In this document: one piece after another, positions 13,401 through 21,600 of the stretch
Position numbering within the stretch: the first letter of the stretch is position 1
Layout of the letters: each line of letters begins with the position of its first letter
Assembly: GCA_023205875.1 (NCBI GenBank)
Contig: CP060760.1
Location: forward strand, 682,001 to 746,000
From: Chloropicon primus
Taxonomy: Eukaryota
Direction: 5' to 3'
DNA length: 64,000 nt
Notes under the pieces: generated by a model
What the model was told of the DNA's origin: nothing
What the model saw: the letters and a program-made list of their open reading frames with translations, nothing else
Database searches by the model: none
Program-made: the position numbers and the translations under genes

Positions 13401-16400
13401 GTTAGGGGTCTCAGCAGCACTCTTCACGATCTTCATGAAAGTGGAGTCGATGTTGTTGAACCTCTTCGTCTCCTGAGGCAACTGCCTCGCGATGTCACCA
13501 CCGGAGAACACTGCTTCCATGTACTGCCACATGTTCTGCACCGTGGTCCACTGCTCGACGATCTCGCTCACGGTGGACAGCTTGGAGATCCAGCTCTGGA
13601 CCTCGTCCTTGAAGGGCAGGCTGTACCTGTTCGTCGCCATGCTCGCCAGCGCCATCTGAGAGTCCTCAAGCTTCTCGATGATGACCCCCAAGTCGGACGA
13701 CTGCAGGATGACAGGCCCTCTCTTCTTGTACTCGGCGAAGGAGAACTGCATGTCGGACCACTCCTCTGAGATTTGGCTCAGCTTGATCTCAATCTGCTCC
13801 TCCTTGCTCGCGGCGGAGGCAATCTCCTCGATCTCATCGATGTGGCCGAGCACGTCGTCGTTGAAGAGGTTGGCCACCTTCAAGACATCCTCGGCCAAGC
13901 TGAAGTTTGTTCCGGTGACGCTCATCAACTCCTGCCAGTGCCTGAGCCTGATCGACTTTCCGGTGAGCAGCTCCAGGATCGGAAGAAGCCCGGTGAAATC
14001 GTCGACCTTCTTCTTGCAGTCCGTGTAAGCCTGCCATTCCTTCAAGGCCTTTGGCAGCTTCTTGCACTTTGCGTTGAACTCGTTCGTCTGGGAAATCATC
14101 GAGTCGATGTTCTCGATCACGCTGACCCAAAGGTACTCGCTGTAGCTATCCAAGGTCTTGATAACCTCGACGTAGAGGGAGTACAGCCTGTCGAGCATTG
14201 CGATCTCCTTCTCCGTCTTCTCCAGCTCTGGGTACTGCGTGACTGGGAGTCCAAAGAGAATCTCGCCCTGGACGTACTTGTCCCACTTCTGCTTACGCAG
14301 AAGGAAGTATCCCTGGAACTTCTCGAGCCTGTCGTGGGCTTCCATGGGGTCGAGACCTGGGGTGATCGGGCCGTTCGTCTCCCAGTCGTTCCTGAAGGAA
14401 ACAGCATCGGCGACAAAGAGCTTGACTTCCTTGACGAGCTCCTTCTTGAACTTGGCCTGGTAGCGGTTGAGCTTCTCGGAAACATCAGACTGCAACTTCC
14501 TCAGCTTCTTCCAGGCGTAGAACATGTCGCTCAACATGTCCGTCTCTTCCTTTGGGACTTGCACCTCGTACCTCAAAAGCAAGGAATACATGTCCTCGAT
14601 AGGGGACATGACGCTGTCGATCTCCGCTTCCTTGCTTCTGAGCTCGGAGAGAATGTTCATGATGTAACGGACATCCTCGAGGTCCTCCATCTTTCTGTTC
14701 AATTTCATCGTGGTTTCCCGAATGTATTCCATGAAGTTGTACAGGTCCTCCCTTCCCTGGCTATGAAGGTTCTTGGCGTACTGTGCCTTCCACGCGGCAG
14801 CCTCGGCCTTCAGGGAGTACTTCAAGGACTGGGTCTCCATGGAAAGGCACCCGATGTTGTGCACAGGCGCGATCTTCGCGATGTCCTGCTCGATCGTCAT
14901 GTACTTCTTCAGCTCAGCCTCGAAGGCATCGATGTTAGGCTTGCCCTTGATGAATTCCTGGTACTCCTGCTGCATGTCCCTCTTCCACAAGAAGTCGTAA
15001 ATCGCGAAGGTCTCCAGGTACTCCAAAACGGAAGTCTTCGTGCACTCCACGCAACCCGTGAGCAGCAAGAGGCTCTTGACAATGGACTTGTCCGCTGCGA
15101 TGAGGTCAAAGAAAGTGCCGGTCAAGCCAGCCTCGTAGTTGCCCCACAACTTCAAAGCTTTGCTGCAACTCAAAATCTGCTTTGCGGTGTTGTTGACGGT
15201 GCTCTGGATGTCCTCCAAGCTAGGGTTCATGCTGACAACCGGGACGGTGAGCTCGACGTCAACGTCAAAGAAAGGCCTGTCCACGAACAGGAAGCCCGCG
15301 GACATTCCCGCGGCCAGCCTCTTCTTCAGAACGTTCAAGCTCCTCTGCGTGGCGGAGAGGATTGCCTGATACATCAGCTTTGCGTAGTGGTGCCTGACGT
15401 TGGAGAGGTGCTGCTCCGAGATCTCGACCTCGCTGCCCTCAGACTTGTCGATCGTGAGAAGCACGAAGAGGTCATCAATGGCGTGCTGAACGTTTCCACT
15501 GTTTACTGTCATCTTCTCCGCCTGCTCCATGATGTGGCTCTGCTGGGACGCGATAAACTCGTCCAGGGTGACCGTCTCGTCCGTGGGAGGATCCACCAAA
15601 CGAGCGTTGCTCACCTCCTTCAGGCAGACATCAATGCGCGACTCGATGCAGTCGTTGACCCTGTGGACCAGGTTCTCAAGGTCCTGGATGCCCTGGTGGC
15701 ACCTCTGCAAGTACCCGTCAATGTTCATGGACGTCCAAGTCAGGACGTACATTCCAGGCTGGATCTTCTTCTCGAGAATCTCGACGTGCGGCTGGAGCAA
15801 GGGCTTGGTGACGTCCCTCATCAGCCCGATGACCCTGGTGTACTCCTTCACGGTGTAAGAGAGCTGGCTGTAGTAGTACTTGAACTTCTCCTCCTGGAAG
15901 AGGATGACTCTGGCGTTGTCGGGGACCTCCAAGCCGAGTCTCTGAAGGTACTTTGTCTCCTGGATCAGAAGCAGGAGCTCCTTGTCGAAGTTGACGAGGA
16001 GCTGCTTCGTCTCAGGGTGCTTCACGAGCAAGGTCGCTTGCAGGCCAGCCTTGGAGAATTCGATGGAACCCTTCCACGCGTCGTGCCACAGCGCTTCGAA
16101 CTCGATCAGTGCCCTGGCAACCCTGTTGTACGTTCTGATAATGCGCTTCGACTCCTTCGAGGTCATGATTCCCTTGTTCTGAGAAAAGTTCTTCATGGGC
16201 TCCTCGATCCTCTGGAGTAGCTGCCTGGACCACATGATGCTACCGGCAACCGGCGGCGCGTTCCTCACCAGCGGGGGAGAGGTCTTCTGCTTCTCGTAAA
16301 TCTGCTGGATGGTATCCAAATCCGTTCCATAGTTCTGGAAGATCAGCATGTACTTCTCGTTCAAGTCCGCCCTGAGAGATTCGCGCTGCAAGATCGACTG

Positions 16401-17981
16401 GAACTGCTTCAGCAAGTTGAGAGCAGCCTCCGTGGAGGTCGCCTTGTCGAAAGAGATATCGATGAACTCCTGAAGCTTCGTCTCCAGCTCGTGGATGTTG
16501 ACGTTGAACTCCAACAGGTCGCGGTCGAACTGGTTTCTCGTGTACTCCAGCAAGTCGTAAGGTAGCCTCTTGAAGTCCTCGGCGATCTCCGAGAACCTCT
16601 TGATGATGCCCTCCAAACCGTCGATGTGCTTGTGCTCCGCCAGCGTCGAGAACTGCTCGATCGTCGTGAACAAGTCGATGAGCTTGGAGATTCTCTTGCA
16701 GAAGAGGTCGAACTTGCCAAAGATCTGCCTGTCATTGAAGTCAAACTGCTTTCCCCTAGGCTGGGACATGAGCCTGTCCCTGGTGATCTTGTACTGCTCC
16801 TGGTACGACTCGTTCACCTTCAACACGACTTCCAAGTTCTTGATGAGCTTGGCCTTGTCCTGGTCCCAGATCTTACCCTCGGAAAGGATGAAAGCCTTCG
16901 AGTTGGTGATCATCTGGTTGGTGATCTTGCAGAACAAGTTGGTCATCCTCTCCACCGTGTTGTAGTACCTCGCGATGGTGTGCATCATCTTAATGTTGTT
17001 CATCAGAGTAGGCAAAGCCTCAATGATGTTGTGAGGGGTTCCCTTGTAAAGAGGCTCAAGACTCTTCTCGAGGGTGTTCAGGTACTTGACGTTGTCCTTC
17101 GCCTCGTTCGTGGCGTCGGTCACCTTCACGTCAATGGCCTTCCACTGCCTGCTTGACTTGAACCTCGCAGCCATGGCGACTCCGAGAACCATCTTGCACT
17201 CCTTGAGCTTCAGCTGCTCCATGACGGAGTTCAGCTTCGCCATTCTGTTTCTCCAGAACTCGATCTCGGTGTCCGGCCCGGACTCGTCGGCCAGACTGTA
17301 AGAAGAGTCGTCCTCCTCGAGGAGCTTCTCGGTCTGGACGCACCAGTCGTCCAAGATCCCTTCGAAGTGTGCCGTCGCCTCCGGATCTTGGGCAAGCTTG
17401 TTGAACGTGTTCGGCTTGAGCTCCAAGTCCGCGTACCTCTTCTCGGGCTTCTTCAGCTCCACGCCTCCCTGGAGGTTGTTGACGACCTCGGTCAGCATGG
17501 TGCCGAACTTGGCTGCCCCGTCCAGGAACTCGACGGTCTCCGACTCGGCGCTCTTTCCCCAATTCTGCTGCTCCTTGAAGATGGGGAGGAAGACGTCCGT
17601 GAGGACGGTCCTGAAGCTCTCGAGCATCATGCCTCCCTGGATCTCTCCGCACGACACATCCTGCTCGACCGACTTCTCGGCGACCCCCTTCGCGGAGTTT
17701 CGCACAAAGTAAACCGCCTTGTTTTGCAAGCTGTCCACGTCTCCGGTCGTCAGGAAGAGCTCCGGCCTCTCTTCCGAGTCTCCAGCGCCCTCCCCCCCTT
17801 CGCCGTCCGGCGTCTGGTAGAACCAGATCAGCTTCGGTGGACCCGTCGGCTCGAAGAACTTGTCCACCTGCTCCTTGTTCTGCAGCACAGCATTCTCGGC
17901 ACGTTCGGTTTCCTCTCCGTAGGACTCGGAGAGCTTGTTCACGATGAACTGGTGCCTCGAGTCAAACCCAATATCTCCCAT
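4491..17981 (-). CDS. ODA2: Axonemal outer-arm dynein heavy chain, gamma type (Chlamydomonas ODA2; DNAH5/DNAH8 class), single exon, 4496 aa
   Basis: AAA1-4 P-loops GPAGTGKT, GPAGAGKT, GLPGTAKT, GIGGSGKQ; stalk/MTBD region; N-terminus DSRHQFIVNKLSESYG...FFEPTGPPKL resembles the gamma heavy chain; C-terminal KWIMRGVALL. Confidence 0.93.
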   Translation of the reverse strand: MGDIGFDSRHQFIVNKLSESYGEETERAENAVLQNKEQVDKFFEPTGPPKLIWFYQTPDGEGGEGAGDSEERPELFLTTGDVDSLQNKAVYFVRNSAKGVAEKSVEQDVSCGEIQGGMMLESFRTVLTDVFLPIFKEQQNWGKSAESETVEFLDGAAKFGTMLTEVVNNLQGGVELKKPEKRYADLELKPNTFNKLAQDPEATAHFEGILDDWCVQTEKLLEEDDSSYSLADESGPDTEIEFWRNRMAKLNSVMEQLKLKECKMVLGVAMAARFKSSRQWKAIDVKVTDATNEAKDNVKYLNTLEKSLEPLYKGTPHNIIEALPTLMNNIKMMHTIARYYNTVERMTNLFCKITNQMITNSKAFILSEGKIWDQDKAKLIKNLEVVLKVNESYQEQYKITRDRLMSQPRGKQFDFNDRQIFGKFDLFCKRISKLIDLFTTIEQFSTLAEHKHIDGLEGIIKRFSEIAEDFKRLPYDLLEYTRNQFDRDLLEFNVNIHELETKLQEFIDISFDKATSTEAALNLLKQFQSILQRESLRADLNEKYMLIFQNYGTDLDTIQQIYEKQKTSPPLVRNAPPVAGSIMWSRQLLQRIEEPMKNFSQNKGIMTSKESKRIIRTYNRVARALIEFEALWHDAWKGSIEFSKAGLQATLLVKHPETKQLLVNFDKELLLLIQETKYLQRLGLEVPDNARVILFQEEKFKYYYSQLSYTVKEYTRVIGLMRDVTKPLLQPHVEILEKKIQPGMYVLTWTSMNIDGYLQRCHQGIQDLENLVHRVNDCIESRIDVCLKEVSNARLVDPPTDETVTLDEFIASQQSHIMEQAEKMTVNSGNVQHAIDDLFVLLTIDKSEGSEVEISEQHLSNVRHHYAKLMYQAILSATQRSLNVLKKRLAAGMSAGFLFVDRPFFDVDVELTVPVVSMNPSLEDIQSTVNNTAKQILSCSKALKLWGNYEAGLTGTFFDLIAADKSIVKSLLLLTGCVECTKTSVLEYLETFAIYDFLWKRDMQQEYQEFIKGKPNIDAFEAELKKYMTIEQDIAKIAPVHNIGCLSMETQSLKYSLKAEAAAWKAQYAKNLHSQGREDLYNFMEYIRETTMKLNRKMEDLEDVRYIMNILSELRSKEAEIDSVMSPIEDMYSLLLRYEVQVPKEETDMLSDMFYAWKKLRKLQSDVSEKLNRYQAKFKKELVKEVKLFVADAVSFRNDWETNGPITPGLDPMEAHDRLEKFQGYFLLRKQKWDKYVQGEILFGLPVTQYPELEKTEKEIAMLDRLYSLYVEVIKTLDSYSEYLWVSVIENIDSMISQTNEFNAKCKKLPKALKEWQAYTDCKKKVDDFTGLLPILELLTGKSIRLRHWQELMSVTGTNFSLAEDVLKVANLFNDDVLGHIDEIEEIASAASKEEQIEIKLSQISEEWSDMQFSFAEYKKRGPVILQSSDLGVIIEKLEDSQMALASMATNRYSLPFKDEVQSWISKLSTVSEIVEQWTTVQNMWQYMEAVFSGGDIARQLPQETKRFNNIDSTFMKIVKSAAETPNIMQTCCGNELLKNLLPHLLDQLERCQKSLSLYLESKRALFPRFYFVSDPTLLEILSLGSNPTAVQPHFQSGLFDSLSSVTFADPTTMTEMQSGGESVKFEEPVIVQGNVENWLQVLVDGMKETLRAVIQRAYSEVNEQRLEDFIFGHPAQVSLLGIQFQWTADMQTGLMSAKNDKSIMSKTLKKVDGCLKEMVLLTTKEMPKLSRKNLETCITVYVHQRDTSDDLIKKKIKEPSDFEWLKNARFMWREDQNSVFTSICDVDFEYSFEYLGVKERLVITPLTDICYVTLSQALGMFLGGAPAGPAGTGKTETTKDLGATLGKFVVVFNCSDQMDYMGLGKIYKGLAQSGLWGCFDEFNRINLDVLSVCAQQVYCVLSAIRDRKKEFVFTDGNTVSLDPRVGYFITMNPGYAGRQELPENLKALFRGVTMMVPNRQIIMKVKLASCGFLENDMLAKKFFVLYGLCEQQLSKQAFYDFGLRNILSVLRTAGASKRANPDKSETFLMMRTLRDMNMSKFVAEDVPLFLSLLDDLFIGLKAPRAEFPDVHKALCEVAERKGLQKHGPWLNKCIQLYETNLVRHGIMLVGPAGAGKTTITECLTEALSMLHGKYVIWRMNPKAITAPQMFGRLDTSSGDWTDGVFAVLWRRASKSKGQNTWIVLDGPVDAIWIENLNTVLDDNKVLTLANGDRIKMTDTMKAVFEPENLNNASPATVSRAGIIYVSDTELGWEPIVESWLDLRRKAEVEALRPCFTKYVSETFEHLRLNAKQVMHNETICQLQTLLDLLAASLKKVEEDNEILSEGHYERVFLYCLAWSLGGLLDEKQRHGLDAMLRGLSDNLPPKGEDSETLYEYYVNEENTEWSHWEKILPEWTYPAEEENPKFGQLVIPTLDSIRFETLLDLNYKLNKPTLLVGLPGTAKTVTVNQFMAKFPVEEVKNKTVTMSSLTTPSIFQFFIEGCMEKRQGKIYGPPGGKKMIVFIDDISMPKINEWGDQITNEIVRQLLEQKAMYNIEKPIGDMKYYVDSHFLGAMNQPGGGKNDIPNRLKRHFCIFNVPEPSTAAINNIFGNIVEGRFSADHFASDVVEGSKKLVPMTISLWNDIKAKMLPTPAKFHYLFNMRELSKVFQGMVFANRDRFNQASAGSENLKPSGGKVSDSLGYLLALWQHECQRVFSDKLVDQSEKDFVTSCLKSLLETNFKEAVGQLEEPVYFVDFLREPIIDDETGDVLEEFPSNYESLSGGIEEMRERGYALQQKKNESTKAAKVDLVLFEDALLHLMRIARLLATDGGNALLVGIGGSGKQSLTRLAAFATGAYTFQVTLTKQYNLTNFLEDIKELYRIAGLKGNKVCFIFTDADIKEEAFLEYINQLLMTGEISGLFPKDELDSILGDIRAVMKKEAPSIVDTQENLSKFFFDRVRANLHTCLCFSPVGPKFSQRALQFPGLINGCTIDWFLPWPVEALTAVSSKFLKEFKVECSEEVKEKLIIMMGKVHTSVSDACETYYSKFRKRRYVTPKSYLSFIAGYKQLYSTKHEEVMELANKVNGGLEKLDEAKQDISKMRNEIIIKNQELEVAQKESVRLLSEISESTAVAEKEKKKVQKIMDSVSKKAAEINVVKTEAERDLAAAKPALDAALDALNSISPKDIGALKALKKPPDIVKRIFDCVIVLRRFPLKAVNWVDGKNGKIIDGSYETSLKMMSDLGFLGSLMNFPKEFMTDEDVELLQPYVQAPDFNYDAAKKASGNVAGLCSWAQAMITYHHVAKVVTPKIDALRAAEAELKIANKEKAVAEENARVVQEKLDAMQKTFDEAMANKQRLTDEATSYQRKMDAANALLGALSGEEARWTEQSKEFAAQTTKLVGDSAIASAFLSYLGPFNKEYREMLLKDVFEKDCQTEAIPVTESLSITDFLTDESEIGEWNLQGLPVDDLSIQNALIVTRATRYPLLIDPQGQGKSWLTNRNIKNQLKTTTLTHKGFRLYLEECLSFGKPLLIENIEEELDPVLDPILEKQFVKTGKSMKVVLPDKEVDYTDTFQIMFTTRLSNVQYSPELSAKVSLIDFTVTATGLEDQLLGTLVQKEKGSLQEQRQKLLEDVNFYKKKIKQLENELLYRLSNSTGNLLDDTELVKVLANTKATSAEVAEKLTDANETNQRITEACEEYRAVAHRATIIYFLISEFSVVNVMYQISLAQFKELYLKAIDLSEKAALTKKRITNIISYMTYMMYRYVQRGLFEKHKLTFSLMLTNKILISDGEVSAEGLDIFLKGGGSLDITSVKKKPKDWIPDNAWLNVIALSSLDAFRDLPDSIAKNDNLWHQWYDMEAPETAKVPDNLEDNINKFEKMCLIKALREDRTLQTGKEYIKEALGPRFIESIPLDLREAWEESNPRCPMIFLLSRGSDPTGIIDELAKKMKVQTLGVSMGQGQEVIARKYISTAAQEGHWVILQNTHLGLSYLHEVEMLLLNQEQQFHENFRLYITAEPHPQFPLGLLQMGIKITNEAPVGLKAGLRNSYAWITQDMLDANTRVEWRQLLSILCFLHSVVQERRKFGPIGWNIPYEFNQADISACTLFLQNHVTEMDVKKAGPNWATIRYMVSIIQYGGKITDNFDQLLMDTYADKYFAAASMDPNMEFFPGYKISSSNEIQIVRQGIEQLPSTDSPEIFGLHSNADLSFRVIQVNEIVETILNTMPKSGGASGGLTREEQVDKIAEDLITKVPAFFKGTDTKDKLKKLGPTQPLIICLRQEIDCLNTTITLTSKTLKNLRLAIAGTIALSGNLISALDDLFNAKVPDFWLKKSWEALTLGSWFTGLLQRHDQLFKWLNNGRPKAYWLSGFFNPQGFLTAMKQEVGRKHASENWALDDVVATSEVTHPPKEFEALREGPSEGVYVYGLFLDGCQWSGKENRLVDSEPKKLFAPLPVIYITGCLAKDKKSDGIYEAPVYRSKRRTGATFITTLGLATEDPSTKWIMRGVALLFTTD

Positions 17982-18623
17982 GACTGCGTTTGCTTCCGCG
18001 ACACTATTATTATAAAGGTCCTACCCCTCGCGCTCTCCAATCGAATTGTTCCCAAACAACGTTGTTCCCGCTGTCCTTTGGTTACCCAAGCAAGTTATAC
18101 CACCATCTTGCTTGGACCAATTCGCATTCCAGTCCACTTCCTCGAACGGGAAGTGAGTCTCGCTTTGGGAAGGACGCAAAGTGGCGCCGCACCTGCAGGA
18201 CCCAGCCAATCCTTTGGACAAAGGACCGACCGTATCCTCGTACTGTCGTGTGTCGTGGGGTCACTGCACACAACCCTGTGCCCTGTTGTTGCGGCTCCAA
18301 GGCGCTCCACTTTCCAAACCCAACACAACACCGAGACACACGACGAGGTCCTGACGCCTTGACCCAAGGTTCTCCTTGAAGAGAGAGAAAGAGAGAAGAA
18401 GAAGAAGAAGCAGAAGCGCACGGAGGGAGGGGCCCTGGGGGGGGGGTCGAGCTTCTCTTGGCTTTGATTACCAAAGAGGACCTCCTGGAAAGCTTGAAAA
18501 CTTGAAACCCAAAGCAACCCGGAGGAGGGAAGGAGGAGGGGAGGTGAACCACGGAGGTTGTCTCTCTGTAGAATTCAGGACTAAATCAAGGAGACCTGGA
18601 CCGGATCGGCCATCCAGAGGTTT

Positions 18624-18624
<1 letters not shown>

Positions 18625-18657
<33 letters not shown>
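18625..18657 (+). repeat. 33-nt poly(A) homopolymer in the dynein/AATF divergent intergenic region
   Basis: Direct count of uninterrupted A residues. Confidence 0.9.
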
Positions 18658-18660
<3 letters not shown>

Positions 18661-18957
18661 GTCTGTCTTTGTCTCTGTCTCCTGTTCACACCACGGGGTC
18701 GGGGCCATGATGGGTTTCGTACAACAAGGTGAAGAGGAAAAAGAAGGAGGAGAAGGAGGAGAAGGAGAAGGAGGAGGAAGAAGATCCTGTGCCTTGCCTT
18801 GACGATTACCTACACGGAGTTGTGCTCCCCTCAAGTCAAACGCCTCGCTTCGCCTTTCGTTTGAAATTTCGGTTGGAAAATTCATTGGAAATTTCCAGAG
18901 GGAGAGAGAGAGAGAGAGATCCCGACGACGACGGCGGAGGCGCAAGGAGGTGCATCA

Positions 18958-18995
18958 CGAGTTGGGCGACGAGTTGGGCGACGAGTTGGGCACGA
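18958..18995 (+). repeat. 12-bp tandem repeat (CGAGTTGGGCGA), about 3 copies, upstream of AATF
   Basis: cgagttgggcgacgagttgggcgacgagttgggcacga read directly. Confidence 0.8.
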
Positions 18996-19110
18996 GCGGA
19001 GGGAGTCTCCTCGGTTGGACGAAAGAGTTTCTCAAGGCCTTTCGATTGGCGGTTCTCTGGATAGATTTGGCGCTCGGAGTGGTCGGGACGAGGGGAGAGG
19101 GGATCGAAGA

Positions 19111-20490
19111 ATGCCGAGAGGGGGGAAGAGAAGGAGGAGGGAGGAGGAGGTGGTGGTGGAGGAGGAGAGGGATGGGGAGTGGATGGGGAGCGAGAGTGAG
19201 GGGACGGGAGGGGAGGAGGAGGAGGGACCGGGGGAGGAGGACTTGCAGTACGTGGACATGTCCACCGACGGCCGGTTTCGGCTGAGGCCCAGCATAGACC
19301 TCGGGGAGGAGGGGTACGGCGGAAGGGTGACGACGAAGGCTGCGATGTTCGAGAACGGCGGGGGGAGCGAGAGCGACGAGGAAGGGGATGCGGGATCGGG
19401 TCAGCACTGGAGGTCGGCCGCGGGGGACGACGCCACCCCCTCGCCGAGCGAGAGCGACGAGAGCGGGGGGGACGACGCCGACGACGCCGACGGCGGCGAC
19501 GGGGACTTCGCCAAGGAGTTCGAGGCGCTGAGGCGCGAGGACGCTCAGATCATGTCGAAAACCCAGCTCCGGACGGAAGACGATCGGGAGAGGGGTCTCG
19601 CGATCGTGGCCCAAAGAAAGATTTGGGAGAAGGCGCTGAACGTCAGGATTCGGGTGCAGAAGCTCCTCGCGGGCGCGAACAAGATGCCACAGACCGAGGA
19701 GGTGGAGGCGATCAAGTCCGACTTCCCCTCTCTTTCCAAGGAGTACGAGGAGGTGGAACAAGTCGCGAAGGATGCGCTCCAGCAGCTCGTGGACTTTCAG
19801 ACCGCCTTCTCCCGGGACGCCTGGAACTCCTTGGACGACGAGGAGGAGGAGGAGCAGACGGGACAGAAGAGCGGCGGCATCCAGAGCGCCGAGGAGGGGT
19901 GGAAGGCCCTGTCCGACTGCCACGACGGGTACATGAGACACGTGAGGGACGAGGTCGACCGCTGGCAGAGGAAGACCATGCTGACCTCCGCGGGCGCGAA
20001 GCGAGGAAACTTGAGGGCCCTGACTCAGTCCATCTCCACCCAGGTCCGAACCCTTATGGAGGACCCGGCGCTTGTGGCGAGGAGGACGCACATCGCGAAG
20101 AACAGCGAGAACCACCGCGTCCTGTGCAGCTTCTCCGCCAAGGCGAGGGAGAGGGAAAACGACGGGGAGGTCGAGAGAGCCTCTGCTTACGACGACAACG
20201 CGGAGGCAAACCTCTTTGAGGACGAGTACGACTGCGAGACGTACGAGGACGCCGAGTTCTACCAGCAGATTCTGAAGGAGTTCCTCGAGTCCCAGAGTTT
20301 GACCGCGGCGGACATCGCGAGGGCGAAGAGCGTGAAGAGGAGGAAGGTCGTGGACCGGAAGGCCTCCAAGGGGAGGAAGATCAGGTACCACGTCCACGAG
20401 AAGCTGGTGAACTTCATGGTCCCAACCTCTTTCGACCGGCCCGAGTTCGCGGAGAAGCTCTTCGGAAGCCTGTTCGCGTACAAGACTTAA
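19111..20490 (+). CDS. AATF: AATF/Bfr2 (Che-1/Traube) ribosome biogenesis factor
   Basis: Acidic N-terminus; QRKIWEKALNVRIRVQKLL (AATF-Che1 domain); YEDAEFYQQILKEFLE and VDRKASKGRKIRYHVHEKLVNFMVP (TRAUB domain). ATG at 19111; TGTAA about 15 nt after the stop. Confidence 0.93.
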   Translation: MPRGGKRRRREEEVVVEEERDGEWMGSESEGTGGEEEEGPGEEDLQYVDMSTDGRFRLRPSIDLGEEGYGGRVTTKAAMFENGGGSESDEEGDAGSGQHWRSAAGDDATPSPSESDESGGDDADDADGGDGDFAKEFEALRREDAQIMSKTQLRTEDDRERGLAIVAQRKIWEKALNVRIRVQKLLAGANKMPQTEEVEAIKSDFPSLSKEYEEVEQVAKDALQQLVDFQTAFSRDAWNSLDDEEEEEQTGQKSGGIQSAEEGWKALSDCHDGYMRHVRDEVDRWQRKTMLTSAGAKRGNLRALTQSISTQVRTLMEDPALVARRTHIAKNSENHRVLCSFSAKARERENDGEVERASAYDDNAEANLFEDEYDCETYEDAEFYQQILKEFLESQSLTAADIARAKSVKRRKVVDRKASKGRKIRYHVHEKLVNFMVPTSFDRPEFAEKLFGSLFAYKT

Positions 20491-20550
20491 CTAAGGGTCA
20501 AGTAGTGTAAAGAAGTATATATGAGTACAAATTGCTTTCCAATTGCTTTC

Positions 20551-21600
20551 CTAGCTTGCTTTGCTTTCTAACTTGTCCAGTTGCTTCCTCAACTCATCGT
20601 TGATGTGAATCAAGCTCTCCCTCTGAGCTTTGGCCACCTCGAGCTGCGGTTGAAGCAGCGCAACATCCTTGTAAAGCTGACTCACGGTGTTCTCCAGGTT
20701 CCCAACGAACTGAAGTTTCTTCATCCTCGACTTTTGGGCGGATATGCGGTTGGCCAGAATTCGCTTCGCCTTCTTGTCGTCCATGAGGGACAAAGCTCTG
20801 CTTCTTTCGGCCTTGGGCGGCATGTCATCCGCGCTGCTATTCGACTTGACCGAGTCTCTCTTCCTCTTCTTCTTGGGGTCCGTGTTCAAGTTCCTCAAGT
20901 CGTCCTCGATCGTCGTCTCTCCCCTAGCGAAGCCACCCGTGGACATGATCGGGGGCATGCTCTTGTTCCTCCTCAGGTTGCTGCTGATCTTCCTCGCTGC
21001 CGCAGACTCGAGGTGGTGCCCCTCAACCACCACGCTCGCCGGGCTTGCCCCTTGCCCATGACCAGCGTTCAAGGGTCCAGCGTACAGGTTCATCTTCCCT
21101 GGGTCCACAGTACTCGGGGTACTTGCGTAAGGCACGTTAGGAGGTGAGTCCAGGATACGCAAGATTTCGTCTTGCATCACGGTATCGATGGTTGGCCTTC
21201 GACTACGGTTTGAGCTCTCCCCTAGAAGTTCAAGATCCGGAATCGCAAGCTCCTTGAGCAGCATGAAGAAGGTGTCGCTGGAGCAGCGCCTGTGCCTCTT
21301 CAGCGCCGGTACATTGGCCTTTTCCGAGCCCAGCCGTATGAGGACGTCGTCCTCCTGTCCCGGTTGTTGTTGGTGGTGCTCTGGGCTCGCCAGAACGTTC
21401 CTCAAATCCGGTGAGCCAAGGAGGTCGCTCGTCGACGGTATAGGATCCGGCAGTTCGTGGTGTTCGCCCGACGGTTGAAAGAAGTTTTGATCCTGAAGTT
21501 GCCCCACCCCTTGCTGTCCCGTGGGCAAGAAGTGGTTATCGAAACGCAAGTCCACCGCCTCCGCTCTTCTGCGGGGCTTCTCCTTGTTCGCCTCGGCCAT
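20551..21600 (-). CDS. bZIP transcription factor, plant group E/I-like
   Basis: Basic region KAKRILANRISAQKSRMKKLQFVGNLE with heptad leucines and a proline in the zipper (VALLQPQL); N-terminal HRRCSSDTF phospho-motif typical of group E/I bZIPs. Confidence 0.9.
   Translation of the reverse strand: MAEANKEKPRRRAEAVDLRFDNHFLPTGQQGVGQLQDQNFFQPSGEHHELPDPIPSTSDLLGSPDLRNVLASPEHHQQQPGQEDDVLIRLGSEKANVPALKRHRRCSSDTFFMLLKELAIPDLELLGESSNRSRRPTIDTVMQDEILRILDSPPNVPYASTPSTVDPGKMNLYAGPLNAGHGQGASPASVVVEGHHLESAAARKISSNLRRNKSMPPIMSTGGFARGETTIEDDLRNLNTDPKKKRKRDSVKSNSSADDMPPKAERSRALSLMDDKKAKRILANRISAQKSRMKKLQFVGNLENTVSQLYKDVALLQPQLEVAKAQRESLIHINDELRKQLDKLESKAS

Noticed and set aside
18045..18095. X-box-like GTTACCCAAGCAAG / GTTCCCAAACAAC upstream of the dynein gene
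   Set aside because: Imperfect matches, and RFX factors are not known from green algae; insufficient support.
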